Positions 11,001 through 25,000 of a DNA stretch of 64,000 nt are shown here, piece by piece. Source of the DNA: Marsupella aquatica. Its lineage: Eukaryota > Plantae > Marchantiophyta. The stretch lies in contig OZ316892.1 of the NCBI GenBank assembly GCA_973895155.1, forward strand, positions 8,539,251-8,603,250. The letters are read 5' to 3'. A program made the translations under genes and the position numbers. The first letter of the stretch is position 1; each line of letters opens with the position of its first letter. The notes under the pieces are model-generated. The model did not search any database, was not told the origin of the DNA, and saw nothing but the letters and a program-made list of their open reading frames with translations.

Positions 11001-14000
11001 TGTCTGAAGAAGAATACACTTGCATACCAGCACTGTCGATCTTTCTTCCCGACTATCCAATTTGGCCTGCATTTAATTTCGTCAAGGCGAAATGAGAAGT
11101 AATGGCTGCTGACCTGCCTAGCATTCAGTCATGTTGCTATGGGAACAATAAGGAAATATACGATCTTGTGGGTTTGAAATCTCTCCCTGGAAAATATAAG
11201 GGGTTGTCATATCCTGCCTTCACAAATTACTTCGGAGATTGGCAGTACTAACGTAGCGTCCAGAAAAGTAACACCTCACAAATTTGGGATCTTGTTGAAT
11301 TCTAGAAGTAATGAAATTTCCGCGTCAGTTGACAGAGGGAAAACTCAACAGACGAATATATTATCGGCAGAACTTAGCGAAATACCTGGAGGTTATGGTG
11401 TTTTACAGAAACTAAGAGTTTCGGATCAATGTCTTCTGAGTTGGATGCAGATATTCAAAGACAGTGAGCTACCTTTTATCGTAGTCCTCTCGATCCCTTG
11501 TCTAAGGATGAGTTTTGCCTTCGTTGGTTTAGTTGTTCATCACAAACTGTCAATTTTTTTGCCTAAACCATAAACTTGGGATCTTGTTCACCTAGTTTCT
11601 TCAAGCATTGATCCTTTCGACTGCCCACAAAGAAGAACCAGGGCATCCTGATCAACTTGGTGTTCTCCTTCAATTTTACATACAGCACATTAAACTGTTA
11701 CTACACGTTTTACCTTCATTTGCTATATTGGCCTTTTAAATGAGTGGAAGCAAGCTGCTGTATGTTATGTTCCAGTTCCAAAGGAAACTCTTGAAATCAG
11801 AACTGAAATGCCAGGTATCAAAATTCCTGGCCTGTAACGTACTGTATCTATACAAGCCTTCTCGTTGCTTGAAGCTACCTTCACATCTTCCAAAAGGATA
11901 AGAATTGTACTCGAATTCTGATAGAGTTAGACACCCTGTTTATATGATGAGTAGAAACCTCAGAACACAAGACTTCATCCGACTAGCAATGAGTGTTTGG
12001 CTCGAGTTGAACCATGAACTTTTTATCAAAACACATTTGGCTTTCTTTCGTTGATTTTGGTTCAAGAATGTTCTCAAGTTTATCCTAATTGCAGTTAAAG
12101 AGCAAGAAAGGATCTACTCATGGTGCAGTTCAGACAGATATCTTTTCGTGCTGAGCGCTTTCCCTTTTTTCCGTGGGATTTGCTTGAAGTAGTCACGGGA
12201 TACTTGAGCCCGACTACAGAAACCTGAGTGTCGTACATTGGTTGAAGAAATCGTAGAGATGGACGCAACACTTGAATTGTGATGGGTGTGAAAACTGTCA
12301 CTACTGACTTCGAACCTAAGTTCATTCTTTGCTCGCTTGTAGGACAATTTCTGGGCCCTGTTTATCTCGTAAAACAAATTGGTGAGCTTGAAGGAAGATT
12401 ATGTGTTTCTTTCTATCCAAAACCTTGACTATTGGATATCTTGAAATCGTAACCTAGTGCTTTTTTACCAAAACCCTTCCTACGTAGCTGAATAAATCAA
12501 TGAAGAAACTGCATATTTAAGCTTAAGTTTTCCGCTTATCCTGTTTTTGTGTTGGTTTTCAAATGACTCTGACTGTTGGAAACCTTTCAGAACAAGTCAG
12601 TCTTTCCTTTGTGGAACATGATTCAGCAGTGCATCCAATGAATGTATGCCTTGTTTACACAAGAGTTCATTGTAATCCATGCTGTTAGCCCCTGAAACTC
12701 TATATATCTAGAAACAAGTGTGGAGTCTGTAGGCGCCATAGACAGTTTTATTTTTAAAATTTTTTTCAGATAAAAGGACTGGTGGCGGACAAATGAGTTC
12801 AAAGTCTGCGGGGGCAAAGACCCTTGGGGCACAAGGAGTACCGAACCCGTACCGGTGGCTGACTCTGCAATGCTGCAGGTCAGCTTTGGAAAGTCTCCAG
12901 TCACCGTGTAAAAGCCTTGGGCCGGGAATGGGCCACGGTCAGCCTCCTAGGAACACGCATCCCATGATCAGTATTATCGGGAAAAAATGTGGGTGCATGA
13001 GAGGGATTGAGCCCAGCTTAAATCCTATCCCAATATGCTCGACGAGCAGCATGAAGAAGTGTAGGGTAAGCCTTGATGAGCTAGCTATAGACATTCATGA
13101 GCCCGTGTCTATTTTAATGAATGATTGATGGATTGATTGTCAACAACCGCCATGCAGGTATGAGTTTACTGGTTAAATAAATTTGGAGGGTTTTCCCTTG
13201 CTGCAACTTTTTGAACAATCGGTTCCATGGCTTTCCTTCATTAACAAAACTGGAGGGGTTTTCCTTGCCTGAACTTTCTCATCGGCCAGTTGCACAAATA
13301 AAAACTCTGGAGTGGGGTTTCCCTCGCCTTTATCCCCAAGGAAAACATGTACCAAAGAAAAAACCAGCCATCCTGCAATTGAGCTTGGAGACAGGACCGA
13401 GACGGTCTTCATTTATTGCAGTCCACCAGAAGTGTCACTAAGACCTTGTTGGTTTTTTTGGTTAGTGGATCTATATATGAGCTGTTGTATAACTCATTGA
13501 CTGCATACATGATAAATTCCTGGATTCTCCAAGATCCAATGATTAGCATTCAAGGGTGCATATGTCAGGAGATACTAAAAACCCAGTAACCATTGGGTTT
13601 GCTTTTTGACATATCATCTTTGCTATATACAACAACCTGAAAAAGATAACCTTTTATGCTATATTTGATAACCTTTGATGCTTTATTTGATTGATGTTAC
13701 AGTAAGAAAATAGCCTACATAGTTGGAGATGCTCTAATGGTGCTAAGATTCTGCATTATGCATGGGTGCCCTTTAAAATTGTGTGTGAAGGGTTGACCAC
13801 CCATTCAATCATTTTAAGACATGCATGAAGTAAACTTTCCTCCCAAGATAGGTTCACACTTGTGTATACATACATTCAAAGATGCTTCAAGGTTTTGGAA
13901 CGGTTTGCAACTCTGCATGAACAAAGGCCCTTGAAGCGTGTGACAATAATTGAGAGTCCATAGGAAAACTACTGTAGAGACCTGGGCAAAGATTATTAAA

Positions 14001-14519
14001 TTCACTTTCTCGTCAGCACTCCCCTAGAGAAAAAATCCTTCACCCAAATTTTTGTCTGAGAATCCCAGTACATGCTGTCATTCTGTCCTTTCTCGTGTTT
14101 CTTTTCGTTTTTTCGATTTGCCTGTCCTCGTGACATAAATGAGACTAACTAACCGAAAAAACCTGAAAATTGAGGAGAAGCTATTAGAAAATAATATCAA
14201 TGTAGCAGGTGAGAATATTGCGAGCTTGTAGGCACAAATCTCGGCATGGGATCCAGGTAAAGCCATTTTACACTAAAATGTTAAAAAGTTAAAGATGAGC
14301 TTGTTGTAGTCCCGGTTGTAGTGAATAAAATATGTACAGTGTGATAAAATTTGGAGATTATAAACTCAATCAATGAAATAAATGATGTTGTTATAATGCT
14401 AAAAATTGGATTAATAAACCACTGTCTAATGTTCTGCATAATGTTCTTACACAAAAATTTAGAAGTCCTTCACTTAAGTCAAGAAAAAAATCATATACTT
14501 ATTCTCGTGTGGTGGATGA

Positions 14520-15340
14520 CAAGACAATAACCGAGAACCGTCCGCCTGACCCGGGAGTCCAAAACATTATTGCACCACCACCAACCAGAGAAAAATCCTG
14601 GGCCACCAGGAAGTCCTTAAGTATGTCTTAGTCAGACACCTAGACATTGCCATGTCATAGAGTGAGTTAAGAGAGTAAACCGGTCCATGATATGATAGCA
14701 TACTAAGGAGGAAGAGGAGAAAACTCTTTCTGACTTTGTGATCTGACTATGAAAAATGCTTTGAGCCAACTCCAATAATTGTAGGAATCACATTCGATCC
14801 AAAATATTTTATCAATGATGTTTCCCTGGTTGTAACAAAACATTTAAAAACCTAGGAGCTACAAGGAGGGCTAAAAGAGAGTGTTGGAAACTCAAGGCAA
14901 GATAATTTTCTAGAATTTTTACTCTTTATCAACTTAAGAGGTGGCTTAACTCTGAAATAGATGATCTACTTTGGAATAATATTGATACAAATTTGTGAAA
15001 TCAAATCAGAATCACATCTGGTATTCCCAAATATACACTCAGTGAATCCCCCAGGAAATTTGGTTTAGAGCACTGCTAGTTTACAAAATGAGTCACAATG
15101 GGGACTTCACATAGGAGTTATTCAACAAGGTCCAATGGAATTCCAATCCAAACGTTTCCTACATGTAGCATTCTTAAGCATGGATGGAATCTTCAAAATC
15201 GTACGTTTTGATTCCAATAATACACCATTTAGAACAAAACTTAAAATCTAAAACTTGACTCTCACACAAAGAGCATTGTGTGAACCTATCCAAGCTTCAA
15301 CGTTTGAATTGTGGTATCCCATCAGAGCTGCTCAAGGATT
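14520..15340 (+). mobile_element. Possible highly decayed LINE (L1-like) ORF1 relic
   Basis: The translation NRPPDPGVQNIIAPPPPTREKSWA resembles the PPDP...SWA start of plant L1 ORF1. Downstream frames are full of stops. Confidence 0.3.
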
Positions 15341-16789
15341 ATATGAATGGACATCTCATCATGTGAGCTTGTGTCACAAAAAAAGCAAAAAGAAGATACT
15401 CTCGCTGCCTTGACAATAGTTGACATCCCTATGTTGACAATTAAATTGGTTCACTGTCGCTCGTTGAGCATACTCTCAAGTAAGGGGTGGGAATCTCATT
15501 TGGGCTTTATGATGGCAAAGAAGCAAAAGGAAGATCGGGAGGAAGATCTTCAAATAACACACGTAATTCTGCTGGAGCTGGACTCTGGTTTACATTTCCG
15601 TTTGATTGATCATAAGCAGAGGTTCTAGAATACGTACCATATTGGTACCTTGTTTTGCAATTCTTAATGGCAAAAAGTTATTTTCACTTGCTTCCAGACT
15701 TTCACAGGTGGCCATTAATTAAAACTATTCCTAGCCAAAAAGTTTTCTCAGTCTAGTTTTTCCAGTGTTTGGGTGATATATACAAAAACATGTGTTGGAC
15801 ACTTATTGCAACTAAAGATACAACTATCTGGCCATTTAGTCGCATGTGAAGTTTTTCCGGTTATTCTGTCTGGAATTGATTTACTCCCCATTCTCCCGTT
15901 TACTTATGTGGAAGCAACCATCTTTTCCTCATATTGGGAGAGCAGTGTGAGAGCCTACTTCTCTCCCTTCCCTTGAAGGAGAAGCAGTTTTGGACATAAA
16001 ATTTCTAACAACTGCATGCAAGTTGTTGAATTTCTCTTGAATTTCTCTAGATTGAAGGAGAACCATTAAATCCCCTCTAAAGGTAGATAAAAAATTGGCT
16101 AGTTTGGGGGGGGGGGGGGGCTCTGTTTTTATCTTACTTCTGTGCCAGTCAAAGCACTTTCTATTTTGTGAGATGACAAGCCATGTCATTCTTATCCTAC
16201 AGGTGACACAGAGTTCCAGGTAAGATTTAGAGAAATTCTGTTTTGTTACTCTAAGGTGTAAATTAATCTTTTCCAAGTATTTTGCTGTCATTAAGCCTAC
16301 TTTGGGATAAGGTACTAAATCGAACCAAGCTTTTGGTAGTCGATGAAAACTTTCCACAAAAACTCCTCCAGGTAGTACTTTATGCCTAAATTCTTTACCT
16401 AAAACTCCTTCAGGTATTACAATACAAAGGAGGAGTTTTAGGGAAAGTTTTACCAAATTTAGGGATTAAAAACTCCTTCAGGTACGTATTACTTTATTTT
16501 AATGCCTAAATCTTTTTAAATACATTTTGATTCACAACAATCATATTGACTCTGACAACAGCTTCATTTATTTTGGTGTTGTGGCAGTCAGGTTAAATGA
16601 TATTTAGCCCCAACCAACTTCACACCACTGTAGATTACAATATGGGGAAATAAACAATAATCCACTAGAAAGTCAAAGTTGGACATGTTTCCCAAATAAA
16701 GATCCAGCACCCACAAATAAAACCCAATCCTAGGTGAGAATCCTACACTTTACAAAGAATAGGCTGGACACAACTTTTTGCATTTTAGA

Positions 16790-17320
16790 TAGTGGGTACG
16801 GTCAACACGCACTTACAGTAAGGCTTTCCAGTAAACTAAGGGTTGGAGATGCTCTTCGCCAAAGATTAGCCTAGACAAGAATGGCTCATGGGTTAGTTAG
16901 TGGGTACGGTCAACGCCCAGTTACACTCAGGCTTTGCAGTAAGAGGGGAGATGCTCTAAGACCAAAATTTCGCCTTGAAAAGAATGGGTGATAGACAGTA
17001 TGGTACTAAGCAATCATGACTGACAAGAATGGCGTGGCCAGAGCTAGAAAGAGTGAAAGGACCAAATGGTGGAAGACCATACATATCTCTAGACACGCCT
17101 TAAACTTCGTCTTTGACTGACTGGGGTTGGACATGCTCTTGGGGCAAAACTTGGCCTAGAAAACAATGGCTGATAGGCAGGATAGTGCTAAAGCAATCAT
17201 AACTGGCATGAATGGCCTGGCCAGAGCTAGAAAGAGTGAAAGACCCAACTGGTGAAGGACCATAGATGTCTCTCGAGATCCTTTAAAGTTCGTGCCTGAC
17301 TGACTGACTGACGGACGGAC
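16790..17320. repeat. Compound local duplication containing three Tourist-like TIR-end motifs
   Basis: TAGTGGGTACGGTCAAC at about 16790 and 16899. GGCCAGAGCTAGAAAGAGTGAAAG at about 17036 and 17219. GTTGGAGATGCTCTT, GGAGATGCTCTAA and GTTGGACATGCTCTT at about 16842, 16947 and 17126. Confidence 0.75.
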
Positions 17321-20300
17321 TTACAACTCATGATCATCAATTCATTTGCATGCAGGGTCATTTGGTCTAGCCCAGCCCAGCTCCCAGGCCTAAAACTCCA
17401 CCAATTTCCCACACACTCTTTGATCGGATCATATATAGAGAGCAATGTAGCTGCTATAGATACAATCATAAGCTTTTGTGCTCTCCCCTTTATTGGGTGT
17501 CTGACCTCTGGGATCCCGTCTATTCGTTTGACGCGTTTTGTTCTTTAGCACTGTGGTACATTCTAAGATGTACGGTACTTTTTAGAGCATAAACAACTAT
17601 TTAACTCACAAAAATGAACACTGCAGATACTGTCCTCCACATTCAAGAGACCTAAACTCTTTTCCTGTTGCAAGGAAAAACTTTCGCATTTTGCAAACCC
17701 CCACCTATAGTATGTGACGATGGCAGCTGCTGCTTCTGTGACTTGGATGAGATCATTTGACCTTTGAAAGGGAGTTTGAACAGCTTCTCGGGACAGAAGT
17801 CAAGACACAACGTGGTCGAGGATCCCTCTGTGTCAGAGATAATCCTCATGAAACCTGATCAACAACAAAACTGATCGGATTGAACCGACACACAGACTGC
17901 AAACCTGCCAAAAGCAATCTTGAGAAAAGGTCAAGGAAGGATCCTTACTCCTTTTCACCAATGTGACCTTTCTGTCTAGATTTGAACATAATTGGGTATT
18001 TCAGGTGTAGTAATCTCTGGTCTCGAATGGACAGAATGTTGCTGCTGCTGTTGGTGTTCAAGAGATGTTGTCTAAGTACATAATTATATATATATCTCAT
18101 GATCATAACAGTATTAAGTCTGAGTTGGACCCAAAGAGATCGTAACTGGGCCACTATGGCACCATAGCTGCTATATGCATATGCTACAGTACCGAATGGA
18201 TACATTTCTTCAATTGATGTTTTCGAGGCAAAAGCAAAAGAAGAGATCGTAGCATAGGTCAAGGTATATACTGTCAACTTGACGGTGAATTCAATCGATG
18301 ATAGTGCTGATTGACAGTCAGAACCTACTATGGACCGACAATCAAGCACAGAGCTGGCCTCGTGTTTGTCAAGGCTTTTCAGAAGCTGCACGAGGATTAA
18401 TCTGTTCACTGGTTGGGATGGTCCTGGTTTCCAGTACAGGGTGCATATCGTAGCACATGTTGTGGTTCACTCGTGCCGGAGGACTATTGATTGCGCCTAA
18501 AGGCTCCTATTATACAAAAAGCAGATCGATGGGCACATAGGTGAATGTGATCGGCCATCCACATGGGTCTCGACTCACCGATTTGTTTCCTCTGCTGTAG
18601 TTTGATTTTGAAAAGAGCTCAAGTCCTTTCCGGGACGGTGAGAAGAGGACAAATTGAGACCCTGACTGGAGGTATTTTACCTTAGGTTCACTTTCTGATT
18701 GAATGGAATTATGCGGAGCCCTTTAGTCCGAGTTGCTCATCGTTTTCTTGGGGTCAGCTGGAAGGAAATTTGACGTTTTATCTCATTAATATTAGATCAA
18801 TGCCTGAGCCAAAGTAGACAGGACCCAATAGGAACTTTGAATGTATTTCCATTGAACCCAGAAATTATTCATGGTTGTACTGCCTTATTCATGCTACCTC
18901 TTGTGTTGAATAGTAGAACGCCAGAATCGCCGGTCGAGAACTATATGTTCCTATGCAGTAGTAAAGAGCATCAGCATAATGAAAAAAACTAGAAAAACAT
19001 GGAGTAAAAGTGGGAAGACTTGAGACGCTGGCAGGGATCTATCCAAAAGGCTCGGAGCCTCGGACTCTGCTCCAGATGATGGTGCTCGTGCACCGAAAGA
19101 CTCGCGGTTGCCAGACTGATCATTCCGCAGAATGGGGCCAGGATGCAACGGAGGGAGGCCGCAAGTGCAGGGAGCAGTAACAGCAGGAAGGGGTCGATGC
19201 GTCTCATTTGGGAAGCCTACAGAAACCGTTGCTCGTTTGATTGATAGCTTGCTACTGTGCTGTAGATACTGTAGCGACAGAATGTCAACAGCAGCTCAGT
19301 ACTGAACTCAGTAACTCAGAAATCGCTCTGCCCATTCTCAAAGGTAAGTATAAGTACAAGGGCTGAGTACCATGGCTGAGTACCACTACCACAGCCTTAC
19401 CGGTCCAAGAGACGACAAGAATGCCGCAGTCTCGAGGATAATTATGCATCAGTGTTGACATTAATTTGACAGCGTACCTCTCGCGATGAGACGATGATGA
19501 GATGATCGGTGGTTTCAACTTTCAAACGACAGGAGAATTTGAAATTTGAATCAATGGAAGGCTTAATAAGAAGTCGATTGTGAAGTCAGAGGGCAGAGGG
19601 ATCCAAAAGTCAAAAGTCCACTTGTTATTATAAGATTTCCTGAAAAATTCCTCAAATCGCAGTCAGATCTGGGAGTTCACACCTGAAGAGGGCTGCCGAC
19701 CGGATGAAGAGGAAGAGCACGATTTTTAGGACACAAAGCCTTCAATTAAGCGCTGGTCAACCTGGAGGATTGGATGGTTGGATGGGGTGGAGCTTATTTA
19801 ACCAGTCGACAAGTTGGGTTGCGGAAGAGATTCGGCCGCATTAATCATAACCCCGATTGACAACTGTACTGGGTAAACAGCTCAGGGGAAGGCGGAGAAC
19901 TGGAGAATTGATTCGTGGAGACGTCAGCGTAACAAAAGAAAGATCTCTCAAGGCTTCGGGCTGGCAGCTGTAATGCTCTGAGTTTTATAAGTTGTAGTCA
20001 AATTTCTTACGAAGCAAAAAAGAAAGAACGATAGAGTCACAAACAATTAGTCACGATGCATAGCCGTCTCCTACTTTTCTTGACTGACGGTGTAGAACTT
20101 GTTTGTGAAATCTAACTCAGCACGGTCTCTCTTATTATGAGAGCTGCAGTTCATGGTTGTCAACTGTTGAGACACTACCGCAGCCCAGGGGAAGACTTCT
20201 CTGATCAGGGTCCACAAAGGCGTCCGACAAAGGCAAATATCCAGCATCTCCATCGCCACTTTCGGTCTGTTCACAAGTACTGTAGAGTTGGTACCATTAC

Positions 20301-22454
20301 GTCAGTTGCATTCAGGATGGCTGGCTATCCTTTGTTTACTTCCCGTTTGTCTACCTGCTTACAGGGGACCCGCCAAGCTCAGTCACTGCTGGCGCTGCTC
20401 TCCTGTAGTGCTCTTGTTGTTATCTGCTGGCTTTACTCGCTTAACCAAAATTCCAATACCAAGAGTCCAATCATTCGAATTACTTCTCATTGGACTTACG
20501 GTCTGCTGCCTATCTGTCAAATGTCTGAAGTTAAGCTAACAAGATACTTCTTGTTTAGCGCTGTATGTTAGAGCAGCATCCCAACTGCAATTGGGTTACG
20601 TAGCAGCTTTCGTTCATGTTCTTCAGATCTTTCTCCTTCTCGCCTTGAATTTTTTTTCAGATACTCAGTATCATTGAAACTGAACTGGGTACAATAGAGG
20701 ACACAGAAATGGCAACCAACATTCCAACCTCATTGATTGACTAACTGCTTACTTGTACGCAACCGTAAGTTTTAAGTTCATTGGATTGTCAATTCGTCAC
20801 TTCCGTACTCACCCACCTTGCTTGCTTTCGAGGAACTTGACATAATTTCGCTCGCTTGCTTGCTTACTTTCTTGGAACTCCAGGACAACAAAAAAAATCA
20901 GACAAGTCTGACTGTGTCTCGTCCCATGGGACAAGATTGATGAACGAAGAAGCGCAACGTAGCGTTCGCGTACCCCATCATTCTCTATGGTATCTCACTT
21001 TCGCTGCCCGTCATTGGGCCTAGCGTGGGAATCTAGACTATGCATGCATGATCTTACTGACCACAGAACCGCCTTCCAACAGTATGTCACAGAATTCAAT
21101 ACTGTGCCAGCCTCTTAGACTTGAAAATTCCGCTCAATTACACTACGAGGTGAAACAGCATGTAGATAAGTGGAATACCGTGTCATCTCTCCTCTGTCAA
21201 GTTTAGCAATTCAAATATTTCTTTGAATTCCTCTCTTTTGTGGATCCGGTAGGGGATGATTGTGCTGTGCAGACTAGCCCAATCTAGACCAATCTGCGCA
21301 AGACGAGGACGGCGGCGGCCAAGTGTTCAGTCCTTTACTGTAGACTGCACTGATGGATGAGAGCTTCTGCAGGAGTGCAGGCCGGCAGGCCCTCCCCTCT
21401 GACGATAATTATGATGATGCTGGGTGAAGTCAAGTAACACAGTAGTCTGTCGTTGGTTCAATATGCACAGTGGTTCCTCAACTTCAGTTCCCATCCACCC
21501 CGATTCGAAAGACCAGGAGCATGATTACCCAAGAAAAATTAGTAGAGTAACCGAATGTAGTTGAACGAATTCCCTCCTCTCCTGCCATGAGCACTCGCAG
21601 TGATTGTGTAAGCTTGTTCCGATCGGTTAATGGAAGCAATGTTATTTTGCAGTTTTTACCATTGCATCCCTCATAGCTGGTAGTCCACGATGTCTGTCGT
21701 CTACAGTCCACGAGTCGGTAGATCAAAACAGAGAACTGCAAAAATTGCATTAATGTTTTCGAGCCAAAACAAAGGCAGAGTGAATGGAACTCAATGAAAT
21801 CTTTCAAGGCAAAAACAAAGGCAGAGTATCCAAATGCACTAGAACAGATAACATAGTTCATCCATTTTATCTAGCATTAACATACTCCTTTTAGGCCAAC
21901 TCAGCAGAATGCACTTGAATTCACAAATTAGGTCATCGATTTATGTGTAGTGTGTACTTTGAATATCACAAAGTCATCAGAAATCTGGAGAGAAAGTTGA
22001 GCAATTCTTCAAATGCAGCTCAGCCCACTAGGCATTGGCCTACCGTGCAAGCTACCGGCGACGTTTGCGTGCAATGTGCATGTGCGTCAACGAGGAGCTT
22101 TTCCCGTCGTCACAATTATTGTCCATCACTTTGCTTTCTTTGGGTTAACTGGCATCCTTATTATAATAAAGGAGATGTGACTGAAGAAACGAGACGCATT
22201 TTTATACTTTTCTTGGAATTGACCTATGAATCTATGAATCGATGAGACGGCGCTCCTAAAACAGACCACAATCAAACTCCGCGTTCCCTTTAATTATGTC
22301 CATTTCCTGATTATTCACTGTGCAAATTCTGGACAGATCTCGTGAGAGAGAAGGAAGCTACACAAGCACCGCACTTTCCCTCCTCTCTCCAATGTCCTTC
22401 TTTAATCTGTCGAAAGCGCGTCGTTTCTGGGATTGTGATCGTTAGTATAGGGCG

Positions 22455-22700
22455 TGGCAAGGTTCCTGCTCACCAGCTTTACAGCAGCAGGGCGAGAAAT
22501 GCGCCGACTTGTGGAGTCTAATAAGCCGAAAGACGATCGATCATGAGAGCCGTGAAAGTATTTCTGAGATTAAAATCGCCAACATGGGCGGTGGCATTGT
22601 GGCAAGGTTCCTGCTCACCAGCTTTACAGCACTAAGAGGACGAGAATCTCGCCGACTGCTGGAGGCTAAATGAGACGACCAAAGAATTCGATCATGAGCC
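22455..22700. repeat. Direct repeat with ~145-bp period
   Basis: GTGGCAAGGTTCCTGCTCACCAGCTTTACAGCA is identical at about 22454 and 22599, with continued similarity to GATCATGAG. Confidence 0.85.
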
Positions 22701-24682
22701 ATGAAAGTCGAACAATGTCGGAGCATACATTACGGCTCTAATAAGTTCAAAACCTCATCGATCTGCTGTCTATTGGATGGAATTCAAAATGATTTTTCAA
22801 GGCAAAAAAAAAGCTCATCGATCACACAAGCATCCATTATTAAGACTTCGTCGATGCTGCCAATAAGTCCGAGCAGCCCCCAAAAACCAACACGAGCTTC
22901 GGATCCCCACATCCCGGTATGAAGTTGCTTTTCATCAGTCTTTCTGTCTCCCAGCATTGCACTCGTGGCCTCGTGGGCTCGTGGCTGAGAAGAATGTTCA
23001 TTCTTTTGCCCTCAACATTCAGCACACTTTGTCCTCAAGACTCATTTACTAGAATCCTTTGGGTCCCACTCCTCATTTATTGCAACAATTTGGGTCCACT
23101 CCACTCCTAGGTGTGCTACCGTATCTGTCAGCGTTTTCAACGTTTTTGTTTTTTGGGGAATGTCGGCGGGAGAAGATGCTAGGAATCTTCACTATAGGTG
23201 TTTACTTAATTATTTACTCACCCTTAGATCTCCCTAGATTTAATGATGACCATTAGATTCAGCTAATGGGGTCTATGACCAGGTGGTAAACTGGCTAATA
23301 TGATAGAAACAATATAGCATTTTCTTGCCAAAAGTGGCCAACACTTTTGGGGAGGTGGAATCTGCCATCTAAAAACTTCGCATCTAAAAATACACTGCTA
23401 CCTATGTCTCTTTCCATAGGGACATCTCAAACCCATGTCACCTGATTCACCTGAACTCTACTTGTTATTTTTCTTTGGCCTTCTGGCGGTGACTTGCCTT
23501 CTTGGGGAACTTGTTCCCCCCATCTGTGGGGTTCATGCAGACTACATTATACTTTAAAATATATAAATAAATCATTGTAAAAAAAATGCCCGACCCCATT
23601 CTTGCTGAGGAGTCCATTGAAAGAGTGAGAAGTTTGTTTGGAATGAGTGTTGGGATGGGTGAACCCAGAAAACTAACGCGAGAGGGTTGTTTGTTGACTG
23701 GGGTTGAAAGACTTTAACCAAGGTGACCCCATCAACTCAATGCCATAACTGTTATGGGCTGAATGTCAATAGTGGGAACAGACACTCCACTGCCCAAAAA
23801 CATTGCAGGAGCCAAAACATTACCTGGCGGGTTCATGGTCATAGTGCTGACAGCAGAGATGGCATCTCAAACCCCTCGGCTCTGGCTCTGGTCACGGTCG
23901 CGCAGAGGTTTTCCTGGTGGTGAACTTGCAAATAGGTGGTTTACCACTTGGACCTGTGACCTATGTCCAAAACTAATACTTTGGGGCTGGGAATTTTGTT
24001 GTGGCCCTTCAGGTTTGAGATGCCCTATGAGAGCATTCACCTCAGTTGCTATACAAGGGGGACGGCGGCAAATATATAAAGAGGTTCTGCTTGGAAATCC
24101 ATTTTCTGACTCCCCACTGGAACTCAATAGGGTTCCACTCATGCCCCAGGCCAAGCAAAACTGGCACCCTCTGCACTATTTCTACCCTCCACTAGCACCA
24201 CAGGAAGAAACAAGTCTTCCTGCCATGGGAAGTTGTTTCAGTAGGAGTGGGTGAGAAGTAATGTTGGGACTTGGATATGACAACCTACAGGAGTCAAGTT
24301 GGGCAATGTGTTTGTAGTCACAAAAACACACTGAAATGAGCTGTACTGTAGAATGATGGAGAAGATTGCAAGTTGGGAAGTAACTTGTCTGAGTCTCTCA
24401 TTTGGAGAAGATTATGAGGTGAAAGGAATGTGGCTGTGTTGTATGTGTTTTACTTGAGTTCGAAGGCTGGGGGGCCTCACTCCTAGGGAGGTCCCATATC
24501 ACCCGCAAAGTTTCCAAGTAATAAACATCCTAACACTTAACAAAATAAAGCTCAGGGGGGTCACTATATGAAGGGTCATACATCACGTGCGACGGTTTGG
24601 GTCATTTATGACCCCCCTAAGTCACTTTCTAGAAAGTTGTACGGCACCAATCATGTGATGACACGTATGCATTTTGCAATTA

Positions 24683-25000
24683 AACAACCCTATATTTCCA
24701 TAGAAGACTTAATAAGTCTTCCGCCAAAACCATTTAAATGGCCCTATACTTCGTCGCACATGATATGCCACTTCCATGGAAGTGACCCCCCCCCCCCGAG
24801 AAATAAAGCAGAGTTTTAGTATTTTTGAACCCCTAACTTTATGGTATTCTAGGAATATTCTCACATTTGGTTTTTAAAAACCCTACAATTCTTATAAGTC
24901 TCAAAATTGGATTAAAACACCTCTATATTTCTTCAACAAAACTTATAAAGTCTTCAGCACAATTTACTTTAAAAACCCTAGACTTCTTCGCGTGTGATGG
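24683..25000. repeat. Two diverged ~90-bp direct repeats, probably within an old non-autonomous element
   Basis: AAC-CCTATATTTC...ACTTA-TAAGTCTTC-GC...CCCTA-ACTTC-TCGC--TGAT at about 24683-24765 and 24915-24998. Confidence 0.55.

Noticed and set aside
18989-19207. 72-aa ORF with a signal-peptide-like start (MRRIDPFLLLLLPALAA)
   Set aside because: No recognisable peptide-hormone motif or other support; could be chance.
21181-21201. miR156/157-like sequence on the minus strand (TTGACAGAGGAGAGATGACA)
   Set aside because: It has several mismatches to the mature miRNA and I saw no complementary star arm nearby.
23400-24480. Possible LINE ORF1 relic on the minus strand
   Set aside because: Only a vague zinc-knuckle-like remnant; too decayed to support a call.
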